Made by a program: the position numbers and the translations under genes
Notes under the pieces: model-generated
Told to the model about the DNA's origin: nothing
The model's database searches: none
The model's input: the letters and a program-made list of their open reading frames with translations, nothing else
From: an uncultured virus (IMG/VR IMGVR_UViG_3300021138_000015)
Taxonomy: Duplodnaviria > Heunggongvirae > Uroviricota > Caudoviricetes
Reading direction: 5' to 3' (one strand)
DNA: 64,000 bases
IMG/VR virus record: IMGVR_UViG_3300021138_000015
Shown: positions 1 through 10,100 of the stretch, one piece after another
How the letters are laid out: every line of letters begins with the position of its first letter
How positions within the stretch are numbered: position 1 is the first letter of the stretch

Positions 1-226
1 TAATATTAGTGGTATAGAGTTAGTGTATGGTACTTTCGAAGGCTCAGTTATTTCGCATATTGACAGCAAAGAATTAACCAAGTTCGCCGAGTTGATTGTA
101 GCAGAATGTCTTGCCGTATGTGCTGTTAATACCGATGATGAACCGCTGGACTACAAACGAGGTGTTATTTTTGCTATGAATAGATGCCAGCGGAATATTA
201 AAGAACATTTCGGAGTTGAAGAATGA
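1..226 (+). CDS. small phage hypothetical protein ('KFAELIV.EC...HFGVEE' family), probably 5'-truncated by the window edge
   Basis: The frame of ORF 23..226 stays open back to position 2. It shares KFA(E/Q)LIV.EC and HFGV.E motifs with the next ORF. Confidence 0.7.
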   Translation, partial: NISGIELVYGTFEGSVISHIDSKELTKFAELIVAECLAVCAVNTDDEPLDYKRGVIFAMNRCQRNIKEHFGVEE

Positions 227-486
227 ACGAACGTATTAAACTACTTGCCGAACAGGCCGTAGAACATATAGAACTACCCATGCCCGATGAGGTTTATCAT
301 ATGGGCGATGACGTGTTTCGTAAACATACGATATTCAATAAAGAAAAGTTTGCCCAGTTGATTGTGAAAGAATGTGTGGAACAGATACTGACCGGAGTCC
401 GGACGAATCCGCCACAAGCACATCCGCCTGAATTGGTACGAACTTTGGTACGCAGAATCGAACGACATTTTGGAGTTGCGGAATGA
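223..486 (+). CDS. small phage hypothetical protein, paralogue of the upstream ORF
   Basis: MNERIKLLAEQA...KFAQLIVKEC...HFGVAE; ATGA overlaps at both ends. Confidence 0.8.
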   Translation: MNERIKLLAEQAVEHIELPMPDEVYHMGDDVFRKHTIFNKEKFAQLIVKECVEQILTGVRTNPPQAHPPELVRTLVRRIERHFGVAE

Positions 487-719
487 CAATCACCATAAAT
501 CAATCGCCTTGGATTACTTTGAAAGAAGGCGACACCGGGTTTACATTAAAAGATAGTTTTACTATGGCATATCGTGCCGGTATAGAAGTTACTGCTAGTT
601 GTCCTAGAGAGTATGTTAGTATTATTATGCAGGCTTATGAACGTGGGTGGTTAGTACCAGTGGCCACCGTACCACGAACTGATCCAACATTAATATGGGA
701 GACTTTACGCAATGAGTAA
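483..719 (+). CDS. hypothetical protein
   Basis: 78-aa ORF overlapping both neighbours. Confidence 0.7.
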   Translation: MTITINQSPWITLKEGDTGFTLKDSFTMAYRAGIEVTASCPREYVSIIMQAYERGWLVPVATVPRTDPTLIWETLRNE

Positions 720-999
720 TACACAAGTAGATGAAAAAGATTTACCAGCAGTACAAAAGATTTACACCAATGCTCCCGAAACAGTAGAAGCGGCTATTGC
801 TCGAATTATGGAATTAGAAATGCGTCTAGAAGATCTTAGCCGTGCTAGCGAAATTGCCATGATTACTCGTCAATTTGACATGATGGAATCGTTTAAAACA
901 GCCGCAGATGCATCTTTACTTAATAAGATTGTTATTGAGCAACCAACAGCCGAAGATTTTAAATTGACTGTTATAACCGACGAAAAAATTGATGCTTAA
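712..999 (+). CDS. hypothetical protein (helical/coiled-coil)
   Basis: 95-aa ORF overlapping both neighbours. Confidence 0.7.
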   Translation: MSNTQVDEKDLPAVQKIYTNAPETVEAAIARIMELEMRLEDLSRASEIAMITRQFDMMESFKTAADASLLNKIVIEQPTAEDFKLTVITDEKIDA

Positions 1000-1294
1000 A
1001 CACGGCGAAGTTAATCCATTGGCTGTGTTTGGGCTACGAAGATTAGAACACAGACCCCCGCACTTTGTTTCTATGCCATTTGAAGCTCGTGTCAGTGACA
1101 AGATCATCACTGACTGGATCTACGAAAACCTAGAAGGTAGATTTTATCTCAACGACGAGTACACAGTGTTAGAAAAACACAAACTAAGCCAGCCCAGTAC
1201 CCAGGCAAACAAAGTGGTAGCTTTTGAAATCCCAGGCGAAGTAAGTATGTTTGCGCTTATGTTAGATACTATAAACCAAACACAGGACTGGTAA
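992..1294 (+). CDS. hypothetical protein
   Basis: ORF MLKHGEVNPL...; ATG at 992 overlaps the end of the upstream gene. Confidence 0.7.
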   Translation: MLKHGEVNPLAVFGLRRLEHRPPHFVSMPFEARVSDKIITDWIYENLEGRFYLNDEYTVLEKHKLSQPSTQANKVVAFEIPGEVSMFALMLDTINQTQDW

Positions 1295-1323
1295 AGAAAT
1301 TTTTCCGTCTAAATTATATATAG

Positions 1324-1329
1324 TAAATA
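1324..1329 (+). promoter_or_regulatory. putative late promoter core TAAATA
   Basis: GTAAATACTAT in an AT-rich intergenic gap; matches the motif seen upstream of structural genes. Confidence 0.4.
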
Positions 1330-1356
1330 CTATATATTTTTAAAACGGAGAAACAA

Positions 1357-1608
1357 ATGTCTGATGATTTACAACAAACCCCAGCAGAATCGCAACCGGC
1401 AAATCCTCAATTAACAATTCAGGATCTTGCTTTGGCATTGCAAACTATTCAAGTAACAGCACAGCGTGGCGCTATTCGCGCTGACGAAATGAGTGCAGTA
1501 GGTTTATTACATGATAAACTACTAGCCTTCTTAAAAGCATCAGGTGCGTTTAACACACCAGCAGAAACAGAAACAACGGAGTCCGCTGAGCAAACTCAAG
1601 GAGAATAA
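1357..1608 (+). CDS. hypothetical protein
   Basis: 83-aa ORF with a GGAGA RBS upstream. Confidence 0.8.
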   Translation: MSDDLQQTPAESQPANPQLTIQDLALALQTIQVTAQRGAIRADEMSAVGLLHDKLLAFLKASGAFNTPAETETTESAEQTQGE

Positions 1609-1609
1609 A

Positions 1610-2302
1610 ATGGCACAAAATCAAGTAATTAAACACGTAGGGCGTCACGGCGATAAGAAGATTGTATTAGCCTATCGTCAGATTCCCGGAGACGAACACA
1701 TGTGTTTGGTAATGTACAGCGACATGTTACCATCATTGGTACACAACGAAGTTATGGCTGTATTAGAAAGTCCAGTTGGGCAAAATGCATCAGACTTAGC
1801 TGACGCACTATTCCGTCATGTCATGGCTGACGGTCGCAACTGCTTAGAAGTTGTACATAAATCTGGTTACTTGAAAAAGGTTAATACCAATCAAGTTATT
1901 ATCACACCTAATGCTAAAAGCTCAGTTCGTTTAGATGAATTAAACGGTATCTTAAATGAAATGAATAAGGGTGAAGAAGCCATTAAAAAATTAGCCGAAC
2001 TTGATGCCGGTGCTGGTATGACTGGTAAAACCAAACGCGAAGGTCGCGAACTAGGTGTTAGCCCAGCTAGCCGTTCACAGCCTGCTGAAGTTAGTACAGC
2101 AACAATCGGTGATGTACTGTCCGATGATCAACTAGCTAGCCAACGTATTGCACAGGCTGCTAAAATGAAATTAGAAGCCAAAGCTCTATTAGCCGAAGCT
2201 GAAAAATTAGAACAAGAAGCATCATCATTTACTGTACCTGCGAAAAATGTCAAAACAACTAGAGCCAAAAAAGCCACGCCCGCGAAAAAACAAACGGCTT
2301 AA
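1610..2302 (+). CDS. hypothetical protein with a Lys/Ala-rich C-terminal tail
   Basis: The likely start is ATG 1610 (MAQNQ..., after an AGGAGA RBS) rather than 1544. Confidence 0.8.
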   Translation: MAQNQVIKHVGRHGDKKIVLAYRQIPGDEHMCLVMYSDMLPSLVHNEVMAVLESPVGQNASDLADALFRHVMADGRNCLEVVHKSGYLKKVNTNQVIITPNAKSSVRLDELNGILNEMNKGEEAIKKLAELDAGAGMTGKTKREGRELGVSPASRSQPAEVSTATIGDVLSDDQLASQRIAQAAKMKLEAKALLAEAEKLEQEASSFTVPAKNVKTTRAKKATPAKKQTA

Positions 2303-2600
2303 ATTAACCATTAACGAACGCGATAAATGGAGACAGATACTAGCCGAGGTTGATAAAGCCGAAGCACCGGTATCTGTACTACGCGGTCTTACTGTTAATC
2401 TAATAGACGGTACTCAAGTAGATATAGACATCCAAGAGCTATTAGCCGAAGGTATCTTACCCGCGGATTTAGAAATAGAAATAAACGACAAACTGCAAAA
2501 ATTAGACGACGTTATTGAAAACGTTGATTTCTTTATCAGCGTCGATCATGTAGCCAAAGCAGTTCAACCCTTTACAGATTCTTTACTTAAAAACTTATGA
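2247..2600 (+). CDS. hypothetical protein
   Basis: 117-aa ORF; ATGA overlap with DHFR. Confidence 0.7.
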   Translation: MSKQLEPKKPRPRKNKRLKLTINERDKWRQILAEVDKAEAPVSVLRGLTVNLIDGTQVDIDIQELLAEGILPADLEIEINDKLQKLDDVIENVDFFISVDHVAKAVQPFTDSLLKNL

Positions 2601-3097
2601 TTAATGCCCTATTTGCCGTGGACCACTACGGCGGTATGGGGTTAAATGGCACACTGCCATGGCCCCGTAACAGTCACGACTTAGCTAATTTTCAACGCCT
2701 AACTAAAAACCACGTAGTGGTAATGGGACATCGCACCTGGGATGATCCAGTGATGCCTAAACCATTGTTAGAGCGTATTGTGTACGTTGCTAGTAATAAA
2801 CACATTGACCAAGCCAGTCAAATATCTGGTGACATAGTTGCCGAAGTACTTAGACTAGAACAAGAAAATCCAACTCGTAAAATATGGGTCATAGGCGGTC
2901 CTCGGTTAATTGAAAGTTGTATTAATATATTAGATGCGGTGTATTTAACCCACTTCAAAGGCTCGTTTAAAATAGACACTAGAATAGAACTTAGAACTTT
3001 TTTAACAGGATTTACTCCTGTTAGTGCCGAAGTAGCTGCCGATTTTCAATCGACGTTGGTAAAATATGAACCAATATTCAAACGAACAACAGCCTAA
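2597..3097 (+). CDS. folA: dihydrofolate reductase
   Basis: GMGLNGTLPW, DLANFQRLT, VVMGHRTWD, KPL..R and WVIGG motifs. Confidence 0.92.
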   Translation: MINALFAVDHYGGMGLNGTLPWPRNSHDLANFQRLTKNHVVVMGHRTWDDPVMPKPLLERIVYVASNKHIDQASQISGDIVAEVLRLEQENPTRKIWVIGGPRLIESCINILDAVYLTHFKGSFKIDTRIELRTFLTGFTPVSAEVAADFQSTLVKYEPIFKRTTA

Positions 3098-3830
3098 GAT
3101 TTTTATAGCTGGAACTAGCTGGGCCCGAGGGGAATGGCAAGGCCCACGGCTTGTTCATAAAGGCCTAGAACAATATTTTATTGATGATGGATACACAGTA
3201 ATAAATTCATCTCGCCCACGTAGCACACATGCTGAAGTTAATTTATACTTAGATAAAAGTTTATCACAATATTATAAGGATGGTGATATTATACTATGGA
3301 TTCAGGCCGACCCTTTGTCAACTATCATCGGGCCCAATAGAGATAAAAATAACAAACTTTCTAATTTAAGTCAAGCACTACAAAATACTGGCAGTTTATC
3401 TAAACTAATAGCCGACCAAAAAAAAGTTATATTTACAGAATTAAATCAGACTGCATTAAAATACAAAACTACAATTTTGTGTATCGGTGGACCTTATAAT
3501 ATATCATCGGCAATCGAAGACTATAGCAACTTGAAATCACTGATACCAAGTTGGATTTATCTGCTAGTAGGACATCTTCAAGATTATAACCATACCGCAG
3601 ATCCAGAATTTGGAATGATACTCACTTGGTCAATTGAACAAATTGATTTTAGTCAATGCAACAATAATCTATCTATAAGTATCAGTCAAGAAATTGGCGA
3701 ACGAATAAGTAATAGTAAGTTAACTCGAGAAGATATATTCCACCCCGACGGTGTTCATCCAAACCGTCACGGACATCGAATACTATATGATTGTGTGGTT
3801 GATAAATTAAATTTACAAAAGTTAGCATAG
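3066..3830 (+). CDS. SGNH/GDSL-like hydrolase or acyltransferase
   Basis: N-terminal IAGTSW nucleophile-like motif and C-terminal DGVHPN..GH (DxxH). Confidence 0.65.
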   Translation: MNQYSNEQQPKIFIAGTSWARGEWQGPRLVHKGLEQYFIDDGYTVINSSRPRSTHAEVNLYLDKSLSQYYKDGDIILWIQADPLSTIIGPNRDKNNKLSNLSQALQNTGSLSKLIADQKKVIFTELNQTALKYKTTILCIGGPYNISSAIEDYSNLKSLIPSWIYLLVGHLQDYNHTADPEFGMILTWSIEQIDFSQCNNNLSISISQEIGERISNSKLTREDIFHPDGVHPNRHGHRILYDCVVDKLNLQKLA

Positions 3831-3834
3831 TCAC

Positions 3835-3864
3835 TTTACAAATACATCAACTTTGTTATACAAT
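3835..3864 (+). promoter_or_regulatory. putative sigma70-type promoter upstream of thyX
   Basis: TTTACA-N18-TACAAT in the intergenic gap. Confidence 0.4.
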
Positions 3865-3905
3865 AAAGAAATAGTCAAAGTTAAACAAAAAATTAAAGAA
3901 ATTAT

Positions 3906-4613
3906 ATGAACCAATATTTGAACGACAAATTACAACCCCAAGTTAAACTAGTAAGTTATTCTGCACCAAGTACAGATATGTTAGAATCCGATATCCAGGA
4001 TGTACAAGAACTAGTGGCATTTTGTGCTAGAGTTTCAAACCCCAGCAATCAAATCAATACCGAAACTAGCGAACGACTTATACGTTATCTGATCAAACAC
4101 CAACATTGGTCACCACTTGAAATGGTATCAGCCTGCCTGGAAATTACAACCACCAGAGACATTGCCAGGCAGATGTTGCGTCATAGAAGTTTCAGTTTCC
4201 AAGAGTTTAGCCAACGCTATGCTGATCCTACACAAGACCTAAGTTTTGTCTTACGTGAAGCACGCCTACAAGACACTAAAAATCGTCAAAACAGCATAGA
4301 GTTAGAAGATAACATAAGCAATCAGATTCTTAGAGAAACCTGGCAAGAGCGGCAACAGGCTGTGATCAAATTGGCTCAAGAAACCTATGCCTGGGCAGTA
4401 CGCAATGGCATTGCCAAAGAACAGGCTCGTTGTGTATTGCCCGAAGGTAATACTGTCAGCAGAGTCTATATGAATGGAACCTTACGCTCATGGATACACT
4501 ACATAGAACTTCGTAGTGCCAATGGCACACAGTTAGAACATCAACAGGTAGCCTGTGCCTGCGCAGAGGTTATTTCTACAATATTCCCAATGGCTAGCGA
4601 ATTTGTAAAATGA
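3906..4613 (+). CDS. thyX: flavin-dependent thymidylate synthase ThyX
   Basis: RHRSFSFQEFSQRY signature; HWSPLE; AKEQAR.VLP; LRSWIHYIELR. Confidence 0.95.
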   Translation: MNQYLNDKLQPQVKLVSYSAPSTDMLESDIQDVQELVAFCARVSNPSNQINTETSERLIRYLIKHQHWSPLEMVSACLEITTTRDIARQMLRHRSFSFQEFSQRYADPTQDLSFVLREARLQDTKNRQNSIELEDNISNQILRETWQERQQAVIKLAQETYAWAVRNGIAKEQARCVLPEGNTVSRVYMNGTLRSWIHYIELRSANGTQLEHQQVACACAEVISTIFPMASEFVK

Positions 4614-5566
4614 AATTTCTTGTAACCGGTGGTGCCGGCTTTATTGGACATAGCGTAGTACGTGAACTAGAACTGCAAGGACACGAAGTTTGTGTGCTAG
4701 ATAATTTTACCAACTACGGTATCATACCTGAATCAGAATTAACTCCTTTACATCAAGAACGTCTTGATCGTATTCAAACGCAGAACATACACAATGTAGA
4801 CATTAGAAATTATAACTATGTGTTGAATGTGTTTGAAGAGTGTAGACCAGATGTGGTTATACATTGTGCCGCATATCCCAGAGCCAAGGCAGTTGACCTA
4901 AATCCCATAGAAGGCAGTCAAGTACTTACCACAGGTGTAATAAATCTATTACGAGCCAGCGAATCAGTTAGTGTTCGTAGATTTGTTTACATAAGTAGCA
5001 GCATGGTCTACGGTGATTTTAGCCCATTGGCCTACGAATCAATGCGGTGCCAACCAAAAGGCATATATGGCATACTTAAATTAGCCGGCGAAGCACTAGT
5101 TCAAGATCATTGTGATCGCGCAGACATAGACCATGTGGTTATACGTCCCAGTGCAGTATACGGACCAAGAGATGTTCTAGATCGTGTGGTCAGTAAATTT
5201 TTATACTCAGCCATGCAGAACCAACGATTGACTGTGTGTGGCGGACGGGAAAGACTAGACTTTACCTATGTCACAGATGTAGTTGATGGAATTGTACGAG
5301 CCAGCACTAATTTTAACAGTAGTCGTCGCACTTACAACATCACTCGTGGACGAGCCAGGACCTTGTTAGAAGCTGCTGAATTGGCTGTAGAGATAGCCGG
5401 TGGTGGCACTATTGAAGTAGTTGATGCCAATCCAAGATATCCCAGTCGTGGAGTATTAAGTAACATACAGGCCGGACAAGACTTTGGCTATGTGGGATCA
5501 GTGGACATCGAAACAGGTTTTAGAGAATACTATGAGTGGATCACAGATACCCTTCTTCGGCGTTGA
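4610..5566 (+). CDS. NAD-dependent NDP-sugar epimerase/dehydratase (extended SDR)
   Basis: TGGAGFIG, SSSMVYG, YGILK (YxxxK), VYGP, DFTYVTD. Confidence 0.93.
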   Translation: MKFLVTGGAGFIGHSVVRELELQGHEVCVLDNFTNYGIIPESELTPLHQERLDRIQTQNIHNVDIRNYNYVLNVFEECRPDVVIHCAAYPRAKAVDLNPIEGSQVLTTGVINLLRASESVSVRRFVYISSSMVYGDFSPLAYESMRCQPKGIYGILKLAGEALVQDHCDRADIDHVVIRPSAVYGPRDVLDRVVSKFLYSAMQNQRLTVCGGRERLDFTYVTDVVDGIVRASTNFNSSRRTYNITRGRARTLLEAAELAVEIAGGGTIEVVDANPRYPSRGVLSNIQAGQDFGYVGSVDIETGFREYYEWITDTLLRR

Positions 5567-6638
5567 TCGTCAATATCAAAACCTCAGTGAGGAAATACTT
5601 GATGCTGTAGATCGAGTATATAGATCTGGACAAGTATTAGATGGCGCATATACACAGGCCTTTGAAGAAGCTATTGCCCAACGATGCGGTCGTCAATATG
5701 CTGTGGCTGTTAATAGCGGTACACAAGGGTTGATCTTTGCTCAACAAGTATCTTTACTTCAAAATTCTCGTGTATTAATTCCCACATTAAGTTTCGCAGC
5801 CACTATCAATTCAGTGTTGTATGCTGGTAATGAACCGGTATTCTGTGACACTGACAGTAGTGCATTAATAGATTTAGAAAGCATGGACATGGCCTTAACC
5901 GGTGCCGGTGTCGCAGCTATTATGTATGCTAATTTATTTGGACATACCATTGATTATGATCGTTTTAGATTACAGTCTGAGTTCTTTAACAAAAACATAT
6001 ATGTAATAGAAGATGCTGCACAGAGCTTTGGTGCTCGATATAAAGATCAACCTTCAGGCAGTCTAGGTACTGTTAGTGTGTTGAGTTTCGATCCTACTAA
6101 AAACTTAAACAATTATGGATCTGGCGGAATGGTACTTACTGATAGCCAGTCCATACACGAAGACCTTGTAGACTTACGCGATAATGGTAAAAAATTAGAC
6201 CATCAAGGATTTGGAACTAACAGCAAAATGAGTGAAAGTGACTCAGCTCAGATGTTAGTCAAGCTCAAATACTTTGATAGATGGCAAAGTCGTAGGCAAC
6301 AGATTGCTGAATACTATACACAGGAACTTTGTGAATTGGTAGATGTAGTCTTGCCTGGCCTGCATGTCGAAAGTGCCTGGAGTAAATTTGTAATAAGATT
6401 GTCAGAACGACACGGCCTACGTGATTATTTGGCCAACTGTGGTATTGAAACACGTTTTCACTATGATCAACCTTTGTTTGAATTAAATGTTGGTTGGGAC
6501 TATATTGACTATGCTAGGCAGTTATTTAGAGAATCCACAGCGTTTTCAAGAGAAGCAATCAGTTTGCCAATATACCCAGAACTTACCGATTTAGAAGTTG
6601 AACGAGTGGCAAATGCAGTTAAAAATTACCTGCGTTAA
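5532..6638 (+). CDS. DegT/DnrJ/EryC1/StrS-family PLP-dependent sugar aminotransferase
   Basis: NSGT, IEDAAQSFGA, SFDPTKNL..GSGG (PLP lysine), SLPIYPEL. Likely start is ATG 5532. Confidence 0.93.
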   Translation: MSGSQIPFFGVDRQYQNLSEEILDAVDRVYRSGQVLDGAYTQAFEEAIAQRCGRQYAVAVNSGTQGLIFAQQVSLLQNSRVLIPTLSFAATINSVLYAGNEPVFCDTDSSALIDLESMDMALTGAGVAAIMYANLFGHTIDYDRFRLQSEFFNKNIYVIEDAAQSFGARYKDQPSGSLGTVSVLSFDPTKNLNNYGSGGMVLTDSQSIHEDLVDLRDNGKKLDHQGFGTNSKMSESDSAQMLVKLKYFDRWQSRRQQIAEYYTQELCELVDVVLPGLHVESAWSKFVIRLSERHGLRDYLANCGIETRFHYDQPLFELNVGWDYIDYARQLFRESTAFSREAISLPIYPELTDLEVERVANAVKNYLR

Positions 6639-7177
6639 TAACCACGAACACGATCAAAGAAATTGGGTTTAGGAGCACCCTTTACCTGTCCGTGCCGTTG
6701 ATGTTGTTGCTGATAGTCATAAAATTTTCCTACTAGATCATATGCCGGTTTAAAAAATATAGCTGCTGGAACATTAGTTAAACGCAATAATCCTACACGT
6801 TCTTTACCTGCAGGGGCTGGTTTTTTCTTTTTTGTATTTTTATCTACTGGTTGTAGCCAAGCGGTATCTTTAATCCGCACTAACCAGACATAAGGATTTT
6901 CACTGGCAAACATGTTTTTATTTTTAAGATAATAACTTAAAGGATAAAACCAAAGTGCTGGACGACCTTGTCCTGCACCAATGTAATCTACACTGAACAG
7001 AGGATTATCAATGTCTGGGCTACGTCCAAACGTCTGCCGAGCACTAAATCCCAATTGATCTACCGATGTAAATCGAACATAGTAATTCTTAATATTGCCA
7101 CCATCTTTTTGTACAGCGGCAATGATTTGATCCCGTACTGGCAATCGAGCTTCAGTAATGATTTCTGCAATAAACAT
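6635..7177 (-). CDS. hypothetical protein, possibly a virion/internal protein
   Basis: 180-aa ORF directly behind ATAAATA. The N-terminus MFIAEIITE resembles the Glu-ending propeptides of T4-like head proteins (inference). Confidence 0.6.
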   Translation of the reverse strand: MFIAEIITEARLPVRDQIIAAVQKDGGNIKNYYVRFTSVDQLGFSARQTFGRSPDIDNPLFSVDYIGAGQGRPALWFYPLSYYLKNKNMFASENPYVWLVRIKDTAWLQPVDKNTKKKKPAPAGKERVGLLRLTNVPAAIFFKPAYDLVGKFYDYQQQHQRHGQVKGAPKPNFFDRVRGY

Positions 7178-10100
7178 CTAGTATTTATTGTCAAACCGTT
7201 GCCTAAGCCACGCCCACTCAAACGATAACTTTAGCCGCTCATAATCTCCCCCAACTTCATTATAGTATTTAACTGCATCCTCTGCTCCACGCAGGCAGTC
7301 GTCGGCATAATCGCCTTCGGCCACTGTCAGCCATGTTTTGAGTCTATGTTCCGTTTCTACAGTAGGTTGCGTGGCCATAAAGTGTTTGAGTTTAACCACC
7401 TCACGGAATGCGGTACGCCAGGTCATCCAGGGGTCTTGATTGAAATGTGCTATTCCAGACAATATGGGCACTGACTCGTGTGGTTGGCTTAAGGTAAAGT
7501 CAATGCCTGGCGTGTTATTTTCTAATACCATTCTTTTATTGTATGCTATGATACCTTGGTGTCCGTACTCTAGACCATTTAATGGATTACGGCTATTAAA
7601 GATATAGTGCTTTGGTCCTTGAAAATAGTCTGGCATCCACTGCCAATCAAACTCACTACCCAAAACTTCTAGTTTAGCAAATACAGCAAAGAACCAGGGC
7701 GTACGACTGCGTCGTGCAGCTTCTTGATAAGCGGCAGTACGCCCATCGACTCCACGTACCCATTCTATGTTGGCGGTATTACTCATATAGGATAAACAAT
7801 CGTACCAACGTTGTTCGTCAGGTTCGCCATTGCTGATATAGACTATGTCTAGCCCAGGTTCATGTTTGTTAATAAAGTAGTCGCGAATCCTATAAACCGA
7901 GTCCTCAATGTAAGGATAATCGTAGATTTGAGACTTCAAATCGGCCTTAATATCACGAGGCACTAACACAGTAGCACCAGACTCACTGCACCTGGCAACA
8001 ACACGGTCTTTGCGACTCCATAGGCATTCTGAACTTTCAATTTGTGTATCTTTTTGGTTTGTAAATAACACGTAAGGACCGTCAAACCGGTAATTTTTTA
8101 TTTCTGCAATTAAATCATCGGACTCATAATAATGAACCGGTACAGAAAAACGATCTACAGCCCTATCGTCAATATAATTAATTACGTTAAACCAATCTAA
8201 TAATTCTAATTCGATCATTTGCCGTTTGAATGATTCTACGTGTATGTAAAATGTATCGCCACGTTTCTGCAGACCACTAGGGAATACGTGTATCATTTCA
8301 CGTTGCCAGGGTTCAGGTTGCCAGGTAAAATCAAATTGAGTATAGTCGCATACACTATTAATGATCCAGACATACTCAGTTTCGGCCACTGCCATAATAC
8401 GTTTAAACGTATCTAAATAGTTGTCCATAAAACGTGTTTGAACTATGTCCGGGTGTTCGGTACGCAGGTATTCGTATTGATGTTGTGCTATGGTGCCATT
8501 GCTATGATCAACATAGAATATATTAGCCAAGTTTTCTGGACGTGTTACTGTCTGGTCACGAACAAAATTCAAGTTAGGAAACTGTTCTAATCCTTCAGCC
8601 CAGGCGCTATGGCGTTCAAACTCCCAACGATTAATAAGGAACGTGTCTGACCATTTTTGATGCTGGCTAGGAAATACGTGTGTCATGTAGGTCTGCCAAG
8701 GTTGGGCGTGCCAGGTAAAATCAAAGTTGTCGTAGTTGTATTCACTGCTGATAACCCAGAACTTGCTGGTAGTGGCCTTATTTGCACAGCGTTGTATAGT
8801 GGCCATTATGCTGTTGGCGTATCTGACTTTTTGTATGCGTGGATACCGCATCTGCAGGCGTTCATAGCGTGTCTGTGCAGTGGCGTTATTACGATCAACA
8901 AAAAATATATCTAATACCACGGCCACTTTCTTTTCTTTCTCTCGTAATGGCGGAATTACGGCAAACTTTAATTCAGTAGCACCGGGTACGGTATAGGTAA
9001 GTCCAATACTCATTTGATGTTCGGTGCCAAAGTGATGTACGTAAGGCTGTTCTTGAGGGTGTGGATGCCAGCTAAAGTCAATGTTTGTTGCATCAATTTC
9101 TTCAGGAATAGACCAACGATCCATTAATGGCACCAACTTGGCTTGATTGTAATCTAGATATTTGCGTTCTGTAGCACCAGGCATGTGATATTCTACTGTG
9201 GGCATGACTTCTGCTGGGTACCATTGATTTCCAAACACATAGATATAAGCAGGGCTTCCGGGCTCAGGATGCCACGAATAGTCAAACTCGCAATCGGCTA
9301 AGGTATGCCAATGGTTGTTGTGTCTTTCTGACAAACGAGCCACAGGTTCTAGCATAAACTTGCGTTCAGTAGCACCGGCTACACAGTATTCAACAGTCTG
9401 CATGACTTCTGCAGGCCACCATTGGTTACCAAATACGTAGATGTAAGGTGGCGATCCAGGATCTGGCTCCCAGGAGTAGTCAAAATCACAGGCATAATGT
9501 GTAGTAAATTTACTGGGATCGCCCACACGCCGAGCCTTAGGTTCATCCATATACTTGATTTCCGTGGCACCGGGTACAGTATAACGCAATGCCGGACGTT
9601 GCTCGGGACTGAGCCATTGGTTACCAAACACATAGATGTAGGCAGGATCCTTGGGGGTTGGTCGCCAAGAATAATCAAAGGATTCTATGTCGTCTAATAA
9701 TTCCCATGCTGTCATATCTTTGGCTACAGTGGCCACAATGTCATCGACATATTTTATTTCTGTGGCTCCAGCCACAGCATAGACCACTGTGGGCTCTAGT
9801 ACAGCCGGATTCCATTGATTACCAAACACATAGGTCATAGGAGGATCAAAAGGATTAGGTTCCCAAGACCAGTCAAAGTCGGCTACGGCTATGTTTGATT
9901 TAAATAGCTCAGGCTGTGGCAATCTACGGGTGCGCAATTCCATGTACTTGACTTCTGTAGCACCAGCTACAGAATATCTAACGCTGGCTTTGTATTCGGC
10001 AGGATTCCATTGGTTACCAAACTGGTAGATGTAAGGCGGATCTTTGGGGTTTGGTCTCCAGGTCCAGTCCCATGCATCTTCATCTATGGGTTCTAATATT

